NCBI GenBank assembly: GCA_963715335.1
Contig: CAVQRZ010000001.1
Span: forward strand, 64,001-128,000
Origin: an uncultured delta proteobacterium
Lineage (GTDB): Bacteria; Desulfobacterota; Desulfuromonadia; Desulfuromonadales; BM103
DNA length: 64,000 nt
Direction: 5' to 3'
The notes under the pieces were generated by a model that searched no databases, was not told the DNA's origin, and saw only the letters and a list, made by a program, of their open reading frames with translations. Each line of letters begins with the position of its first letter. Within the stretch, counting starts at the first letter, position 1. This document shows, one piece after another, positions 1 through 10,575 of this stretch. A program made the position numbers and the translations under genes.

Positions 1-1990
1 CCCCCAGCTTGTTCAGCTCGGCGGCCAGCTGCGGGACCAGGGTCTTGTGCCCGGCGGCCAGGCTGGAGACGCCGACCACATGGACATCATTTTCAACGGC
101 CATCTTGGCGGCTTCTTCCGGGGTCTGGAAGAGCGGTCCGACGTCGACATCAAAGCCGGCGTCGGCATAGGCGGTCGCCACCACCTTGGCGCCGCGGTCG
201 TGGCCGTCCTGGCCCATCTTGGCGACCAGGATGCGTGGGCGACGCCCTTCCTTCGCGGCAAAAGCATCGACCCGCTTTTTCAGCTCGGCAAAATTCTCGT
301 CGTTTTCGACCACGGACCCGTACGCTCCTGAGACAAGTTTGATCTCCGCCTTGTGGCGGCCGAAAACCTTTTCCATGGCATCGGAGATTTCCCCGACGCT
401 GGCCCGCTGGCGGGCGGCCTCGACACAGAGGCCGAGCAGGTTCTGCTTGTCATCTTCGCACGCCGCCGTGATCGCGGCAAGCGCCTTCTGGCAGGCCACT
501 TCGTCGCGATCGGCGCGCATTTTCTCGAGGCGGGCGATCTGCGACTTGCGCACTGCGGTGTTGTCGACATCGAGGACATCGATCGGGTCTTCCTCGGCCA
601 GCTTGTACTTGTTGACCCCGACAATCACGTCGCGGCCGCTATCGATCGCCGCCTGCTTCTTGGCCGCCGACTCTTCGATGCGCAGCTTCGGCATGCCGGA
701 CTCGATCGCCTTGGTCATGCCGCCCAGGCCGTCGATCTCGGCAAGGATCTTTTGCGCCTCTTCGATCAGCGAAGCCGTCAGCGATTCGACATAGTAGGAA
801 CCGGCCAGCGGGTCGACCACGTTGGTGACGCCGCTCTCCTCCTGAATGATCAATTGGGTATTGCGGGCGATGCGCGCCGAATGATCGGTCGGCAGGGCGA
901 TCGCCTCGTCGAGGGCGTTGGTATGCAGAGACTGGGTGCCGCCAAGCACGGCCGCCAACGCTTCGAGGGTGGTGCGCACGACGTTGTTATAGGGATCCTG
1001 CTCGGTGAGGCTCCAGCCGGAGGTCTGGCAGTGGGTACGCAGCATCAGCGACTTGGGATTCTTCGGCTCGAACCGTTTCATCAGGTGTGACCAGAGATAA
1101 CGGGCGGCGCGCAGCTTCGCGGCCTCCATGAAAAAGTTCATGCCGATGGCGAAGAAGAACGAGAGCCGCGGCGCGAAGGAGTCGACGTCGAGACCTTTGT
1201 CGATCGCGGTCTTGACGTACTCGATCCCGTCAGCCAGGGTGAAGGCCAACTCCAGGGCGTTGTTGGCACCGGCCTCCTGGATGTGGTAGCCGGAGATCGA
1301 AATCGAATTGAAGCGCGGCATGTGCAGGCTGGTGTACTCGATGATGTCGGCGATGATCCGCATCGAAGGCGCCGGCGGGTAGATGTAGGTGTTGCGGACC
1401 ATGAACTCCTTGAGGATATCGTTCTGGATAGTCCCGGCCAGCAGTTCCTGGGCAACGCCCTGCTCTTCGGCGGCGACGATGTAGTTGGCCATGATCGGCA
1501 GGACCGCGCCGTTCATGGTCATCGACACCGAGACCTTGTCGAGGGGGATGTCGCCGAACAGGATCTTCATGTCCTCGACCGAGTCGATTGCCACCCCGGC
1601 CTTGCCGACGTCACCGACCACGCGCGGATGGTCCGAATCGTAGCCGCGATGAGTGGCCAGGTCGAAGGCGACGGAGAGTCCCTGCTGCCCGGCCGCGAGG
1701 TTACGCTTGTAGAAGGCGTTCGATTCTTCGGCCGTGGAAAAACCGGCATACTGGCGAACCGTCCAGGGCCGACCGGTGTACATGGTCGCCATCGGCCCGC
1801 GGGTAAAGGGCGCCAGTCCCGGCAACGAGCCGGTCGTCTCGAGCTGTTCAAGGTCTTCTGCCGTATAGAGCGGTTTGACCATAATCCCTTCCGGGGTCTC
1901 CCACTTGAAACCGGAGAGGTCGTCGGTCTTCTTTTCCTTTCTGGCCAGAGCTTCCCAGTCGGCCAGGGTCTTCTTGTCGAAACAGCTCAT
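1..1990 (-). CDS. scpA: Methylmalonyl-CoA mutase (B12-dependent), 3' end runs off the left edge
   Basis: Not in the ORF track (no stop in window). Manual translation from ATG 1990: [19 protein letters not shown]...[21 protein letters not shown]...[16 protein letters not shown]12-binding [11 protein letters not shown] near 190-220. Confidence 0.96.
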   Translation of the reverse strand, partial: MSCFDKKTLADWEALARKEKKTDDLSGFKWETPEGIMVKPLYTAEDLEQLETTGSLPGLAPFTRGPMATMYTGRPWTVRQYAGFSTAEESNAFYKRNLAAGQQGLSVAFDLATHRGYDSDHPRVVGDVGKAGVAIDSVEDMKILFGDIPLDKVSVSMTMNGAVLPIMANYIVAAEEQGVAQELLAGTIQNDILKEFMVRNTYIYPPAPSMRIIADIIEYTSLHMPRFNSISISGYHIQEAGANNALELAFTLADGIEYVKTAIDKGLDVDSFAPRLSFFFAIGMNFFMEAAKLRAARYLWSHLMKRFEPKNPKSLMLRTHCQTSGWSLTEQDPYNNVVRTTLEALAAVLGGTQSLHTNALDEAIALPTDHSARIARNTQLIIQEESGVTNVVDPLAGSYYVESLTASLIEEAQKILAEIDGLGGMTKAIESGMPKLRIEESAAKKQAAIDSGRDVIVGVNKYKLAEEDPIDVLDVDNTAVRKSQIARLEKMRADRDEVACQKALAAITAACEDDKQNLLGLCVEAARQRASVGEISDAMEKVFGRHKAEIKLVSGAYGSVVENDENFAELKKRVDAFAAKEGRRPRILVAKMGQDGHDRGAKVVATAYADAGFDVDVGPLFQTPEEAAKMAVENDVHVVGVSSLAAGHKTLVPQLAAELNKLG

Positions 1991-2010
1991 CTTGAAATCC
2001 TTTCAGGATT

Positions 2011-2082
2011 TGGGGGCTGGAGGCTAGGGGTTGGGGGTTGGCCTTGCTTTTACCAGTCCCCAGTCCCCAGCCTCCAGCCCCC
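2011..2082. repeat. Heptamer-based palindromic repeat (GGGGCTG/CCCCAGT family)
   Basis: GGGCTGG AGGCTAG GGGTTGG GGGTTGG ... CCAGTCC CCAGTCC CCAGCCT CCAGCCC; complementary arms. Confidence 0.85.
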
Positions 2083-2086
2083 GCAC

Positions 2087-2647
2087 TTAACGTGTGACAA
2101 TTGCCAAAACCTGGGTTTCGCCGTCACCACAGGCAAGCAGGCGATGCCTGAGTGTCGCATCGAAGTAAACGGCATCCCCCTCTTCCAGCAGGATGCGTTC
2201 TTCTTCAAGGAGGATTTCGGCCCGGCCCTTGAGCATCAGCAGGAACTCCTCGCCGTCATGGTTGTACAGGGTTTCTTCTTCCGGGCGACGCGCCACGGTG
2301 ACGACGAACGGCTCCATCTTCTTGTTGCGCTTGCGGAAGGAAAGGGCTTCATAAGTGTAGCCATGGCCGGTTCCAGCCACGGAGATAACCCGACTGACCT
2401 CGCGGCGTTCGGCTTTTCTGACGACTTCATACTTGCAATCGACTTCCTCTTCCTCGAAAAACATGCCGATCTTGACGTCAAAAAAACGGGCAATCTTCGA
2501 CAGGGTCGCAATCGGCGGGGAAACATTATTGTTCTCTATCTGGGAGATCAGCGCTGGAGAGAAACCTGTTTCGCGAGCCACGTCCTGCAAAGTCAGCTTG
2601 CGCGCCTTGCGTAACTCTTTGATCTTTGAGCCGATATTGTATTCCAC
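2087..2647 (-). CDS. XRE-family HTH regulator with C-terminal cupin domain
   Basis: IGSKIKELRKARKLTLQDVA...LISQIENNNVSPPIATLSKIA (HTH_3); HDGEEF...GDAVYFDA..RH cupin motifs; GTG start. Confidence 0.93.
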   Translation of the reverse strand: MEYNIGSKIKELRKARKLTLQDVARETGFSPALISQIENNNVSPPIATLSKIARFFDVKIGMFFEEEEVDCKYEVVRKAERREVSRVISVAGTGHGYTYEALSFRKRNKKMEPFVVTVARRPEEETLYNHDGEEFLLMLKGRAEILLEEERILLEEGDAVYFDATLRHRLLACGDGETQVLAIVTR

Positions 2648-2715
2648 GGTTGACCTTTGCCAGTACTCCGGGTGAGTGATACAGAAAAAATAGAATAAGG
2701 TTTTAGAGCCTGTAG

Positions 2716-2788
2716 GATATACCTGATAGAGGGTGTAAATGTCAATAAATATTTAACCATGGTAAAAAGCCGTTTATCTATATTAAAC
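2716..2788 (-). promoter_or_regulatory. Sigma70-type promoter of the XRE-mutase unit with tandem TTTA-N7-TAAA boxes
   Basis: Minus-strand TTGACA at 2740-2745, weak -10 (TATATC) near 2716-2721; boxes at 2752-2766 and 2773-2787. Confidence 0.6.
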
Positions 2789-3167
2789 ACACGATTAGAT
2801 CGATTCGAGCGCGAATTATTGACCGTCGATTATCGTGCAGAACAGGGCCAGGGAAAAGTTGCCTGCAAACAGCTGGTTGCGTTTACCCCGAGCACCCGGT
2901 CGGGTGAGGAATTCGCCATCCTGAGAGCAGACGTTGTCTGCCTTGTTTAGAGTCAGGCCACTGCGGAGCACCGCTTGCCGGTCAGCGCGAAAGATCCTTG
3001 CTCCGCAGGTTACGGGTCCATGCCTTTAAGCGGCCGGCCTGAAAAATAGAACGGTGTCTTTCGCAACATCCTGTTTTGTCAGGTTTTTTCAATTTGATTT
3101 TACTCCGGCTTCCGTTACAATGGCACAAGATGTGAAACCTTTAATAGCCCGGTACGGAGGTGACGCC

Positions 3168-3374
3168 ATGAAATGCCCTGTGTGTAAGAGCCATCAAGCG
3201 CATACCGAGATCCAGGTGCATGCCAACGGTTTCGACGAGGATCTCTATCAATGCGATGACTGCGGCTCAACCTGGTCCGTCAACCACGGGCTGGTAGATG
3301 TTGTCAAGGACACCCAGAAAAGATCCTTTCTGGAGTCAAACGCAGAAGCCGTGGATGGTGCGGATAACAGCTGA
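3168..3374 (+). CDS. Small zinc-ribbon protein (68 aa)
   Basis: GGAGG RBS before ATG 3168; CPVC...CDDC; candidate promoter TTGATT-N16-TACAAT at 3094-3121. Confidence 0.8.
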   Translation: MKCPVCKSHQAHTEIQVHANGFDEDLYQCDDCGSTWSVNHGLVDVVKDTQKRSFLESNAEAVDGADNS

Positions 3375-3594
3375 GGCTGGGGACTAGGGGCTGGAGGCTG
3401 GGTTAGAGGCGGTTGCTGGAGACTGGGGGCTGGGGGCTGTTAAAGGCAGGGGCTGGCTGCTGGGGACTGGGGGCTGGCTAAGGCAGAAGAAACCCAACAA
3501 CTAAAAACACAAGGCCGACAGGTTTCCCTGTCGGCCTTGCTCTTTGAAGGTTTATGTTTTAACTAGCCTCCAGCCCCTGACCCCCAGTCCCCGC
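3375..3594. repeat. Long heptamer repeat tract (GGGGCTG family) with complementary arm
   Basis: Many GGCTGGG/GACTGGG/GGCTGGA units at 3375-3480; complementary CTAGCCT CCAGCCC CTGACCC CCAGTCC at 3563-3594. Confidence 0.85.
3510..3545. terminator. Hairpin terminator between convergent genes
   Basis: CAAGGCCGACAGG TTTC CCTGTCGGCCTTG. Confidence 0.75.
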
Positions 3595-3596
3595 CT

Positions 3597-6470
3597 TTAA
3601 AGTACATCCTGCAGGTAGGCTGCTGTGGTGGTCCGCTTCTCGGCTTCAATCAGCTTCGGATCAACTTCGACGAATTTCTCGTCGGGAGTCACCTTGAAAA
3701 TCGGCTGACCCTTCTGAACGATAACACCATCGCCGCCCTCGATCAGGATCTTGTCGATGGTTCCGGAGAAGGGGGCCGGGACCTTGTTGAACATCTTCAT
3801 GACTTCAAGGATGAACAGCGGCTGGCCCTTTTCAAAGTGGTCACCTTCATTGGCGAACTTCGGCATCCCGGGAGCTTCCTGGGCATAGTACATGCCACCA
3901 CCCGGGGTGACGATCTCGTCGGCCTTGGTCGCCGGTGGCGGCACCAGAATCTTCTTCATGGCCGCCTGCAGGTCCGGATCGTTGAGATAGTCGGGGATGG
4001 TGACTTCGAGATCGGCTTCGACCTTGAAATCGAAGAAATCCGTCCGGTCAGCGATCAGGAACAGCATCCCGAACAGTTCGTTACCAACTTCGTAGCCGAG
4101 GTGGGCGGCCTGAATCTTCGCCCAGGTTTCCTTGTCGAAACCCCCTTGCGGCTTTTCTTTGCCGAGGATGTCGTTGAGCTTGATGAACTCGCCCTTCTCG
4201 AGACCGAACTTGCCGCGCAGTTCTGCGTAGAAATCCAGGGCGCTCTGCAACAGATCGCGGTCGTGGGTCCAGATCACCTCGGCGGCCGGGGCGTCTGCAC
4301 GCCAGTTCATGTTGAGGTACTCGTAGGTTTCCTCGAGGATGACCAGAGGATTACGCAACCAGATCAGCTTGCCCTTCTCGAACTTGAAGTTCTTGCGGTT
4401 GATGCTGAGCCACCCGGCAAGCAGGTGCGGGTCAGCCAGCAGAAACTCCATCGGCCGGGTCAGCAGGGTCCCCTTGCGATCAAGTGTCTCGGAAATCGCG
4501 GACCTGATCTCCGGGTCATCGCCGTAGACCGAGCCGAAATGTTTCTTCATGGCCAGGAACGCGAAGACCACATCGAGCTTGCTGGCCTCTTCCTTGAGCT
4601 TGCCAACCAGGGTCAGGTAGGGGACCACGAAACGGGTGGTCGGCTTGGCCATAACGTTCTGGCCAAGGAACCAGTTGACCAGGCCGTAGTGGAATTCCAG
4701 GTTGGTCGCCAGATTGCTGCCACGCAAAACCGTACTGCGCAAAACCTTGGCAAGCTGTTCGTAGCTGTCGAGACGATCCTCCCCCTTGGTCAGCAACAGG
4801 GCGATATTCGAGTCGTAGGCGCCGGCCAGATGGTAGCGCATGAACTGGTTGGTGTCCGGGTTCTTGATGCAGATCCCCTGGTCATCACGGATTTCACCTT
4901 CGATCGGCGCCGACCAGTAGCGGACATAGCCGCCGGCACTCGGCGACAGGGAGCTGTCCGTCGCGTTGAGACGGGCTTCTGCACCGGCGCCGAAGCGCGG
5001 CAGGCGCTCGGGACGCGGCAGGCGCTCCTTGTGCCTGGCCAACAGAGCCATCGCCTCGACCAGCGACTCGACGATAAAGAAGTCTTTTTTGTTCTTCGGA
5101 TTGGTGAACTTCAGCTTGTAGACCAGCTCGGTAACGCGATGCTCAACCTGGATGCGGGTATTGACTTCCATGAAGTAGTGGCGATCACGGTCGACGATAC
5201 ATTCGAAGGTCGACGCCGAGTCAAGCCCGACCGCGATGCCGAAGCGCTCGGACTCCTCTTCCATCCGCTGCAGCACCTTGAGATCTGACTCCAGCGCTGC
5301 GGCCTGGGCCTTGAGCCCGGCTTTCTTGGCCTTCTTGATTTCTTCGGCCAGGGCTTCCTGGGTCACGGAGATTTCCAGCAATTTCTGCTCGTGCATCTGC
5401 AGCGAGCAGTCACGGCCGCCGAGAGCGATCGCCCACTCGCCGTTGCCGAGCAGCTGGATCTCGTTATGGCGGGTCTGTTCGATGTTCAGCTCGGCCAGAA
5501 CGTTCTTGTTGTCGCCGACACCGTTCGCCTTGACTTCAAGCAGGACTTCGCGGACCAGTTCCGGTGCCGTCGAGGCAGCCTTCCTGATCTCGGCATCGGT
5601 CGGGTTCTTTTTGGTCAGCAGGGAGGCGCCGAGGATGCGCTGGCCTTTGCCGCCGCCACCGCCGATCGCCTTGAGGCGGATCCGGGCACCGGGGTACTTC
5701 TTGAACATGTCGAAGCACTCTTTTTCAACCTGTGCACCGAGCTCATCCATGGTGAAGAGGTCGATCCCCTTGCCGTAGGACGCCATCAGGATATGATCGG
5801 CCAGCTCTTCCAGCGCGAGATTTTTATTGTCGAGCACCTCCTTGTCGCACTTGAGCCCTTCAGCCTTGACAACGGCCAGCAGCGCCGCGCGGCTTGGATG
5901 CTTGGCGACCAGGGTGCGGGAGGTCATGTTGTCGATACCAGGCGTTACCGAAACATTGACGCTCAGCGCGGTCCGCTTGGCCTCGTCCTTCTTGCCGGCA
6001 CCGCGCTGGGTGGCGGCACAGGGGCCGACGAACTTGAGGCCGGCATCCTCGATAGCCTGGACAAACTCGTCGTCCTCAGCCATGAATCCGTAACCGGCGA
6101 AGATCGAGTCGTAGCCGTTGTCATGGGCAATCTGGATGATCTGGCCGATCCGCTCGACGCGCTCTTCCTTGGAGGCCCCGGTGTAATCGGGCACGCGGTG
6201 CACGCGACTGTTGTCGGTCAACATGCGCAGCTCGGGAGAGAGCGCATTCGGATAAACAATCGAATCTTTCTCGGAGAGCAGGATGCCGTAATGGCTGATC
6301 CCCATCTCTTCGTAGACGGTCATCGCCTCGAGGCGAATCGGACCGCGGCAGACGATCAGCGGCTTGAGGTCTTCGCACGAGAAGGATCGGACCCACTCGG
6401 AGTCGGACTTGCTCAGGCGGCGATCGCGATGAATCAGTGGATTGTTCATGTAATTATCGTTTTGTGCCAT
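3597..6470 (-). CDS. Acyl-CoA (probably propionyl-CoA) carboxylase alpha subunit: biotin carboxylase plus biotin carrier domain
   Basis: GYGFMAE, KAIGGGGGKG, GRDCSLQ..QK, YFMEVNTRIQVEH; C-terminal biotinylation motif EVMKM; near the mutase gene. Confidence 0.92.
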   Translation of the reverse strand: MAQNDNYMNNPLIHRDRRLSKSDSEWVRSFSCEDLKPLIVCRGPIRLEAMTVYEEMGISHYGILLSEKDSIVYPNALSPELRMLTDNSRVHRVPDYTGASKEERVERIGQIIQIAHDNGYDSIFAGYGFMAEDDEFVQAIEDAGLKFVGPCAATQRGAGKKDEAKRTALSVNVSVTPGIDNMTSRTLVAKHPSRAALLAVVKAEGLKCDKEVLDNKNLALEELADHILMASYGKGIDLFTMDELGAQVEKECFDMFKKYPGARIRLKAIGGGGGKGQRILGASLLTKKNPTDAEIRKAASTAPELVREVLLEVKANGVGDNKNVLAELNIEQTRHNEIQLLGNGEWAIALGGRDCSLQMHEQKLLEISVTQEALAEEIKKAKKAGLKAQAAALESDLKVLQRMEEESERFGIAVGLDSASTFECIVDRDRHYFMEVNTRIQVEHRVTELVYKLKFTNPKNKKDFFIVESLVEAMALLARHKERLPRPERLPRFGAGAEARLNATDSSLSPSAGGYVRYWSAPIEGEIRDDQGICIKNPDTNQFMRYHLAGAYDSNIALLLTKGEDRLDSYEQLAKVLRSTVLRGSNLATNLEFHYGLVNWFLGQNVMAKPTTRFVVPYLTLVGKLKEEASKLDVVFAFLAMKKHFGSVYGDDPEIRSAISETLDRKGTLLTRPMEFLLADPHLLAGWLSINRKNFKFEKGKLIWLRNPLVILEETYEYLNMNWRADAPAAEVIWTHDRDLLQSALDFYAELRGKFGLEKGEFIKLNDILGKEKPQGGFDKETWAKIQAAHLGYEVGNELFGMLFLIADRTDFFDFKVEADLEVTIPDYLNDPDLQAAMKKILVPPPATKADEIVTPGGGMYYAQEAPGMPKFANEGDHFEKGQPLFILEVMKMFNKVPAPFSGTIDKILIEGGDGVIVQKGQPIFKVTPDEKFVEVDPKLIEAEKRTTTAAYLQDVL

Positions 6471-6526
6471 TGGTTATCTCCAAATCGAAACCTTGATTCG
6501 CTTAATGATCAATTAAATGCGTTCTG

Positions 6527-8251
6527 TTAATGGAACTCGCGCTGGACATCCTGCCAGGTTGACGGCTGATAGTGCCGCAGCAGGAAGTTCATGTTCTCAC
6601 CGAGGACCTTGCGCAGGTCGGTCGGCATAACCAGCGAGGAGATCGAACCAAGGGCCAGACCCTCTTTCGGGTTCATCAGTTCTTTTTCGTAGCGCAGGTT
6701 GAGTGCTGCTTCCTGGTTCTTCAGCCATTCCGCCGCTTCGGCTTCGGCATCCTTTTTCGCCTCGGCCCCTTCCACGCCAGCCTTGATGCGCGCCTGGGTT
6801 CCTTCGGCCACCATCTGCTTGATGGCGCCGCGGATCTTGCGCAATTCCGTCTTATAGACGAATTCCTTGCCGGCCGGGCCCATAACTGCCAGGCGCGTGG
6901 TCGGCAGAGCGAGGACCAGGTCCGCGCCGGTCGGGTAGTTGTTGAAGGAAGCATAGGCGCCGCCGTAGGCGTTGCGCAGAATCAGCAGAATCCGCGGGGT
7001 GCGCACATCGACGATCGAATCGAGCATCGAGCGACCGGCCTGGACGATGCCGCGGGCTTCCTGCTCACGGCCCGGGAGGAAGCCGGTGGTGTCTTCCATA
7101 AAGATCAGCGGAATGTTGTAGATGTTGCAGAAACGCACGAAACGGGCAATCTTGACCGCCGAGTCGCAGTCGATCTGCCCGGAGGACACGGCGCTGTTGT
7201 TGGCGACGAAGCCGACCACGTTGCCGCCGAGACGACCGAAGGCGGTGATTGCTTCCCTGGAGCGCTCAGACTGAATCTCAAAATAGTCGCCGTGATCGCA
7301 GATCTGCTGGATGATGATCGAGACATCGAACGGTGTGTTGAAGCCGGTCGGTGAGTTGAACGCTTTTTTCAGCAGGGTGTTGATCTCCCAGGTCTTGCGA
7401 TCAAGCGGATCGCTGGTTTCCTGGAAAGGCGCCATGCTGAAGTTGTTGTCAGGAAGGTAGCTGACCAGTCGTGACGCGGTCCGCAGGGCGGCGGTCTCAT
7501 CGGCGACGGTCAGGTCGGCGACACCGGAGGCGCCGTGCACCTTGGGGCCACCCAGCTCTTCCGGGCTGATGTCTTCGCCGAGCACGGACTTGACGACGCC
7601 CGGGCCGGTCAGACCGAAAAAGGTATCGTTCGGCTGGATAACGAAGCTCCCCTGCCGCGGCAGGTAGGAGCCGCCACCGGCATTGAACCCGAACATGCAC
7701 ATGACGGTCGGGACCACACCGCTGATCTTGCGCAGGGCGGTAAAGGCCTCCGCATAACCGTCGAGACCGCCGACACCGGCAGGGACATATGCACCGGCCG
7801 AGTCGTTCATGCCGATCAGGGGCAGACCTTTCTCACCGCACATATAAAACATACGCGCCAGCTTGTTGCCGTTGGTTGCATCGATGGAACCGGCGCGGAC
7901 CGTGAAGTCGTGGCCATAGACGCCGACATCGCGGCCGTTGATATTGAGAATCCCGGTCACCAGCGAGGCGCCGTCGAGATTCTTGCCCCAGTTCTGGTAA
8001 AGCACGTTCGGCTCTTCCTGGGTCAGGACCTTGATCCGCTCCCAGACGGTCATCCGCTTCTTGAAGTGCTGCTTCTCAATCTGGCCGACGGCAACGGATT
8101 TGATCGGGCGCTGGATCAGGTCGTAACCTTCCTGCATAACCTCTTCGTAGCCGCCGCGTACCCCGGCAACTTCACCAGGGATGGTGAACTCGACTTGTTC
8201 CGGTGGAGCAAATGGATTCTTCAGTGACGGTTTAATCGCTTTTTTGGCCAT
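6527..8251 (-). CDS. Acyl-CoA carboxylase carboxyltransferase (beta) subunit
   Basis: [50 protein letters not shown]. Confidence 0.93.
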   Translation of the reverse strand: MAKKAIKPSLKNPFAPPEQVEFTIPGEVAGVRGGYEEVMQEGYDLIQRPIKSVAVGQIEKQHFKKRMTVWERIKVLTQEEPNVLYQNWGKNLDGASLVTGILNINGRDVGVYGHDFTVRAGSIDATNGNKLARMFYMCGEKGLPLIGMNDSAGAYVPAGVGGLDGYAEAFTALRKISGVVPTVMCMFGFNAGGGSYLPRQGSFVIQPNDTFFGLTGPGVVKSVLGEDISPEELGGPKVHGASGVADLTVADETAALRTASRLVSYLPDNNFSMAPFQETSDPLDRKTWEINTLLKKAFNSPTGFNTPFDVSIIIQQICDHGDYFEIQSERSREAITAFGRLGGNVVGFVANNSAVSSGQIDCDSAVKIARFVRFCNIYNIPLIFMEDTTGFLPGREQEARGIVQAGRSMLDSIVDVRTPRILLILRNAYGGAYASFNNYPTGADLVLALPTTRLAVMGPAGKEFVYKTELRKIRGAIKQMVAEGTQARIKAGVEGAEAKKDAEAEAAEWLKNQEAALNLRYEKELMNPKEGLALGSISSLVMPTDLRKVLGENMNFLLRHYQPSTWQDVQREFH

Positions 8252-8405
8252 CTTTGATTCCTCTGTTCGCTAGAGTTTTTCAACCGGCCGGGCCAGGGCC
8301 CTGCCGGTTGACAGCTATATAAAAATCCACAACGACTGATTCGCTAAGGGAAGTGGAAATGCCCTGCAGCCGCCCACAGTAAAATAGGGTTTTATCCACC
8401 GCATG

Positions 8406-8477
8406 GGTATAGCCCATGTTACCAGTGAAGTCAATTAAAAATTTATTTTAGATAAAACCTGTTTACTTATATTAAAC
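8406..8477 (-). promoter_or_regulatory. Promoter of the carboxylase operon with tandem TTTA-N7-TAAA boxes
   Basis: Minus-strand TTGACT(8429-8434)-N17-TATACC(8406-8411); boxes at 8442-8456 and 8462-8476. Confidence 0.6.
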
Positions 8478-8612
8478 ACCTATTTAGAGAACCTTTTTGA
8501 TTTTTCATAACTCCTTTCTGCGCAGCTCTCCAAACCGGGGTACCTACGCGAAATTACAGGCGTTGCATCACAATCATCCAGCGATTCGCTAGAGTTGACT
8601 TCGTCAAGAGGA

Positions 8613-8641
8613 TTGCCGCATCATGTGGAATAAAGTATAAT
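8613..8641 (+). promoter_or_regulatory. Sigma70-type promoter
   Basis: TTGCCG-N17-TATAAT. Confidence 0.7.
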
Positions 8642-8655
8642 CAGTCGTTGCCTGA

Positions 8656-9759
8656 TTGTACTTAAGTAGAGCGGGGGCTTGCTTGTCGGATGTTTTTTCA
8701 AATTTTCCTGTCGGTGTGCAGCTCTGGCCGCAGGCCAAACGGCGCTCGCGACACCTGCAGGAAGGCTACAGCTTTTCCCTGCTGGAAAACTCCAGCGATA
8801 CCTATCACTTTTCCATTCTTGCCCGCCCTGAAAAGATCCAGGCTGCATTCAAGGATTTTGCCTACAGCATCCCCGACGAAGCTTTCTTCATTCTCGAGTT
8901 TTACACCACGGAACCGAACGCCAACGATCAGGATTCCCCAGCCCCGACGATTCACTATTCACCCTACATGCCGGTCAACGAAATCATTACCGCCATCGCT
9001 CCATACTGGGACCGCCTGATGCATGATGGTTTCGTCGGCTTCGGCCTGGCCAATAACCGCTCCAGCCAGGAAATGTTCTTCTCAGAGGAGAAGATTCTGA
9101 CTTTTTTCTCCGACAACCACCTGAAATTGACGCACCTGCTCAGCAAAGCCGGAATTCGTCATCGACCTGACCTGCTTCTGCATACTGAGCTCGGCCACGA
9201 CCACCTGTCCCTGCTCTGTCTGGAGCGGGAGAACCTGCCCCCCTGTCTGCAGGACTACAGTGATCGCGACCTTGACTACGCCTACTTCTGCCAGGAACTG
9301 GTCGACGAACTCGGCATGTACCCGGTCGAAGAGAGCCTGTCCTTTTTCTTTTCCCGGAATGAACAAAAGCTGATTGATGAGATCCTCAGCCGGCACCCTG
9401 GCTATGATGAAATCGCCGGCGACGATTTCGGCAGCCTGCTCCTCGACTGGAATGATTTTGTCCAGGAATGCTGCGGCGGTTTCGAGGGCGACCTGTGGGA
9501 GTACCGCATGGGGCTGCAGCTGCGCGATGTGCTGCATCAGGTCACCTCGTCCTGTGAAGATCCCCTCAAGAGTCGGATCATGGATGTCCTCAAGGAGCCT
9601 GACGAAAAGTTCCGTCAGCTTCTGATCGACCAGAGGAAGCGACTGGACGACCCGGGCAGAACGCCTGCGGAAGAACATTTCTGGTACAATGGCGTCATCG
9701 GCAATGCCGGTTATGAACTCCGCCGGGATCTGATCCGTCACGGCTGGTATAAACCTTAG
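8656..9759 (+). CDS. Hypothetical protein (~360 aa); start uncertain, possibly TTG 8683
   Basis: Long ORF with plausible composition, downstream of a good promoter and leading mqnB-mqnD; no motif recognised. Confidence 0.8.
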   Translation: MYLSRAGACLSDVFSNFPVGVQLWPQAKRRSRHLQEGYSFSLLENSSDTYHFSILARPEKIQAAFKDFAYSIPDEAFFILEFYTTEPNANDQDSPAPTIHYSPYMPVNEIITAIAPYWDRLMHDGFVGFGLANNRSSQEMFFSEEKILTFFSDNHLKLTHLLSKAGIRHRPDLLLHTELGHDHLSLLCLERENLPPCLQDYSDRDLDYAYFCQELVDELGMYPVEESLSFFFSRNEQKLIDEILSRHPGYDEIAGDDFGSLLLDWNDFVQECCGGFEGDLWEYRMGLQLRDVLHQVTSSCEDPLKSRIMDVLKEPDEKFRQLLIDQRKRLDDPGRTPAEEHFWYNGVIGNAGYELRRDLIRHGWYKP

Positions 9760-9763
9760 ATGC

Positions 9764-9840
9764 GGGGGCTGGGGGCTGGAGGTCAGTGACTGGGAAATCC
9801 AGGTCTTTAACCCCCAGCCCCCAGCCCCCAGCCCCCGACC
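9764..9840. repeat. Heptamer-based palindromic repeat (GGGGCTG family)
   Basis: GGGGCTG GGGGCTG GAGGTCA GTGACTG ... CCCCAGC x3. Confidence 0.85.
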
Positions 9841-9842
9841 CT

Positions 9843-10574
9843 ATGATTGCCCTTCTAGCTGCCGTTGCCGAAGAAACTGCCCTGCTCAGAGACACCCTTG
9901 AGGGTTCCGCCCGGGAGGTTGTCCACGGCATGGTCATGCTGACCGGGCGGGTTCATGGTCAGGACGTCTGTCTGACCCATGGCGGCATTGGCAAGGCGGC
10001 CGCGGCCGCGGCCACGATTACCCTGTTGCACCATTGTCAGCCAGAGGCGCTCCTGCTGTTCGGCTGCGGTGGGGCCTACCAGAAGTCGGGCCTGGAGATC
10101 GGCGACCTGGCGCTCGCCAGCACCGAGATTTTTGGTGACGAAGGGATTGCCACAGCCCAAGGCTTCGAGGATCTTGCGGCCATGGGATTGGCCATGCGCC
10201 GGGATGACGAGATTTTTTTTAACTGCTGGCCAACCGACAGACCGCTCCGGGAACGGGCACAGTCCGTCCTTCAGGGCCTGGCGGAAAAACAGGGGATAAA
10301 GCTGGCAAAGGGGCCTTTCGTGACCGTCTCCACCTGCACGGGGACCACAACCAGGGCAATTGAGATCGAACGCCGTACCGGCGGGATCTGTGAAAACATG
10401 GAAGGGGCCGCCGTCGCCCTCGCCTGCCGGCAGTTCTCCGTCCCGCTCCTGGAGATACGCGGCATTTCGAACCTGGTGGAAACCCGCGACACCGGCCGCT
10501 GGGACCTGGCGGCCGGGATGACGGTTGCGCAGGAAGCTGTCATCCATATGCTCGAGAAATGGCCGGAACCATAG
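9843..10574 (+). CDS. mqnB: Futalosine hydrolase
   Basis: PNP/UDP fold: GGIGKAAAA, FGCGGAY, TVSTCTG, CENMEGAAVA, EIRGISNLV; adjacent to mqnD. Start moved to ATG 9843 because the track extension is repeat DNA. Confidence 0.9.
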   Translation: MIALLAAVAEETALLRDTLEGSAREVVHGMVMLTGRVHGQDVCLTHGGIGKAAAAAATITLLHHCQPEALLLFGCGGAYQKSGLEIGDLALASTEIFGDEGIATAQGFEDLAAMGLAMRRDDEIFFNCWPTDRPLRERAQSVLQGLAEKQGIKLAKGPFVTVSTCTGTTTRAIEIERRTGGICENMEGAAVALACRQFSVPLLEIRGISNLVETRDTGRWDLAAGMTVAQEAVIHMLEKWPEP

Positions 10575-10575
10575 G

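Noticed and set aside
3120..3137. Sigma54 promoter TGGCAC...
   Set aside because: The -12 element reads GTGA rather than TTGC; an overlapping sigma70-type -10 explains the region.
3375..3480. Possible CRISPR array or telomere-like tract
   Set aside because: Degenerate 7-bp tandem units without unique spacers; no cas genes in the window.
8343..8385. Cobalamin-riboswitch-like string AAGGGAA...GCCGCCCACAGTAA near B12-dependent genes
   Set aside because: Wrong strand for the carboxylase genes, core stems do not pair properly, and no B12 box follows.
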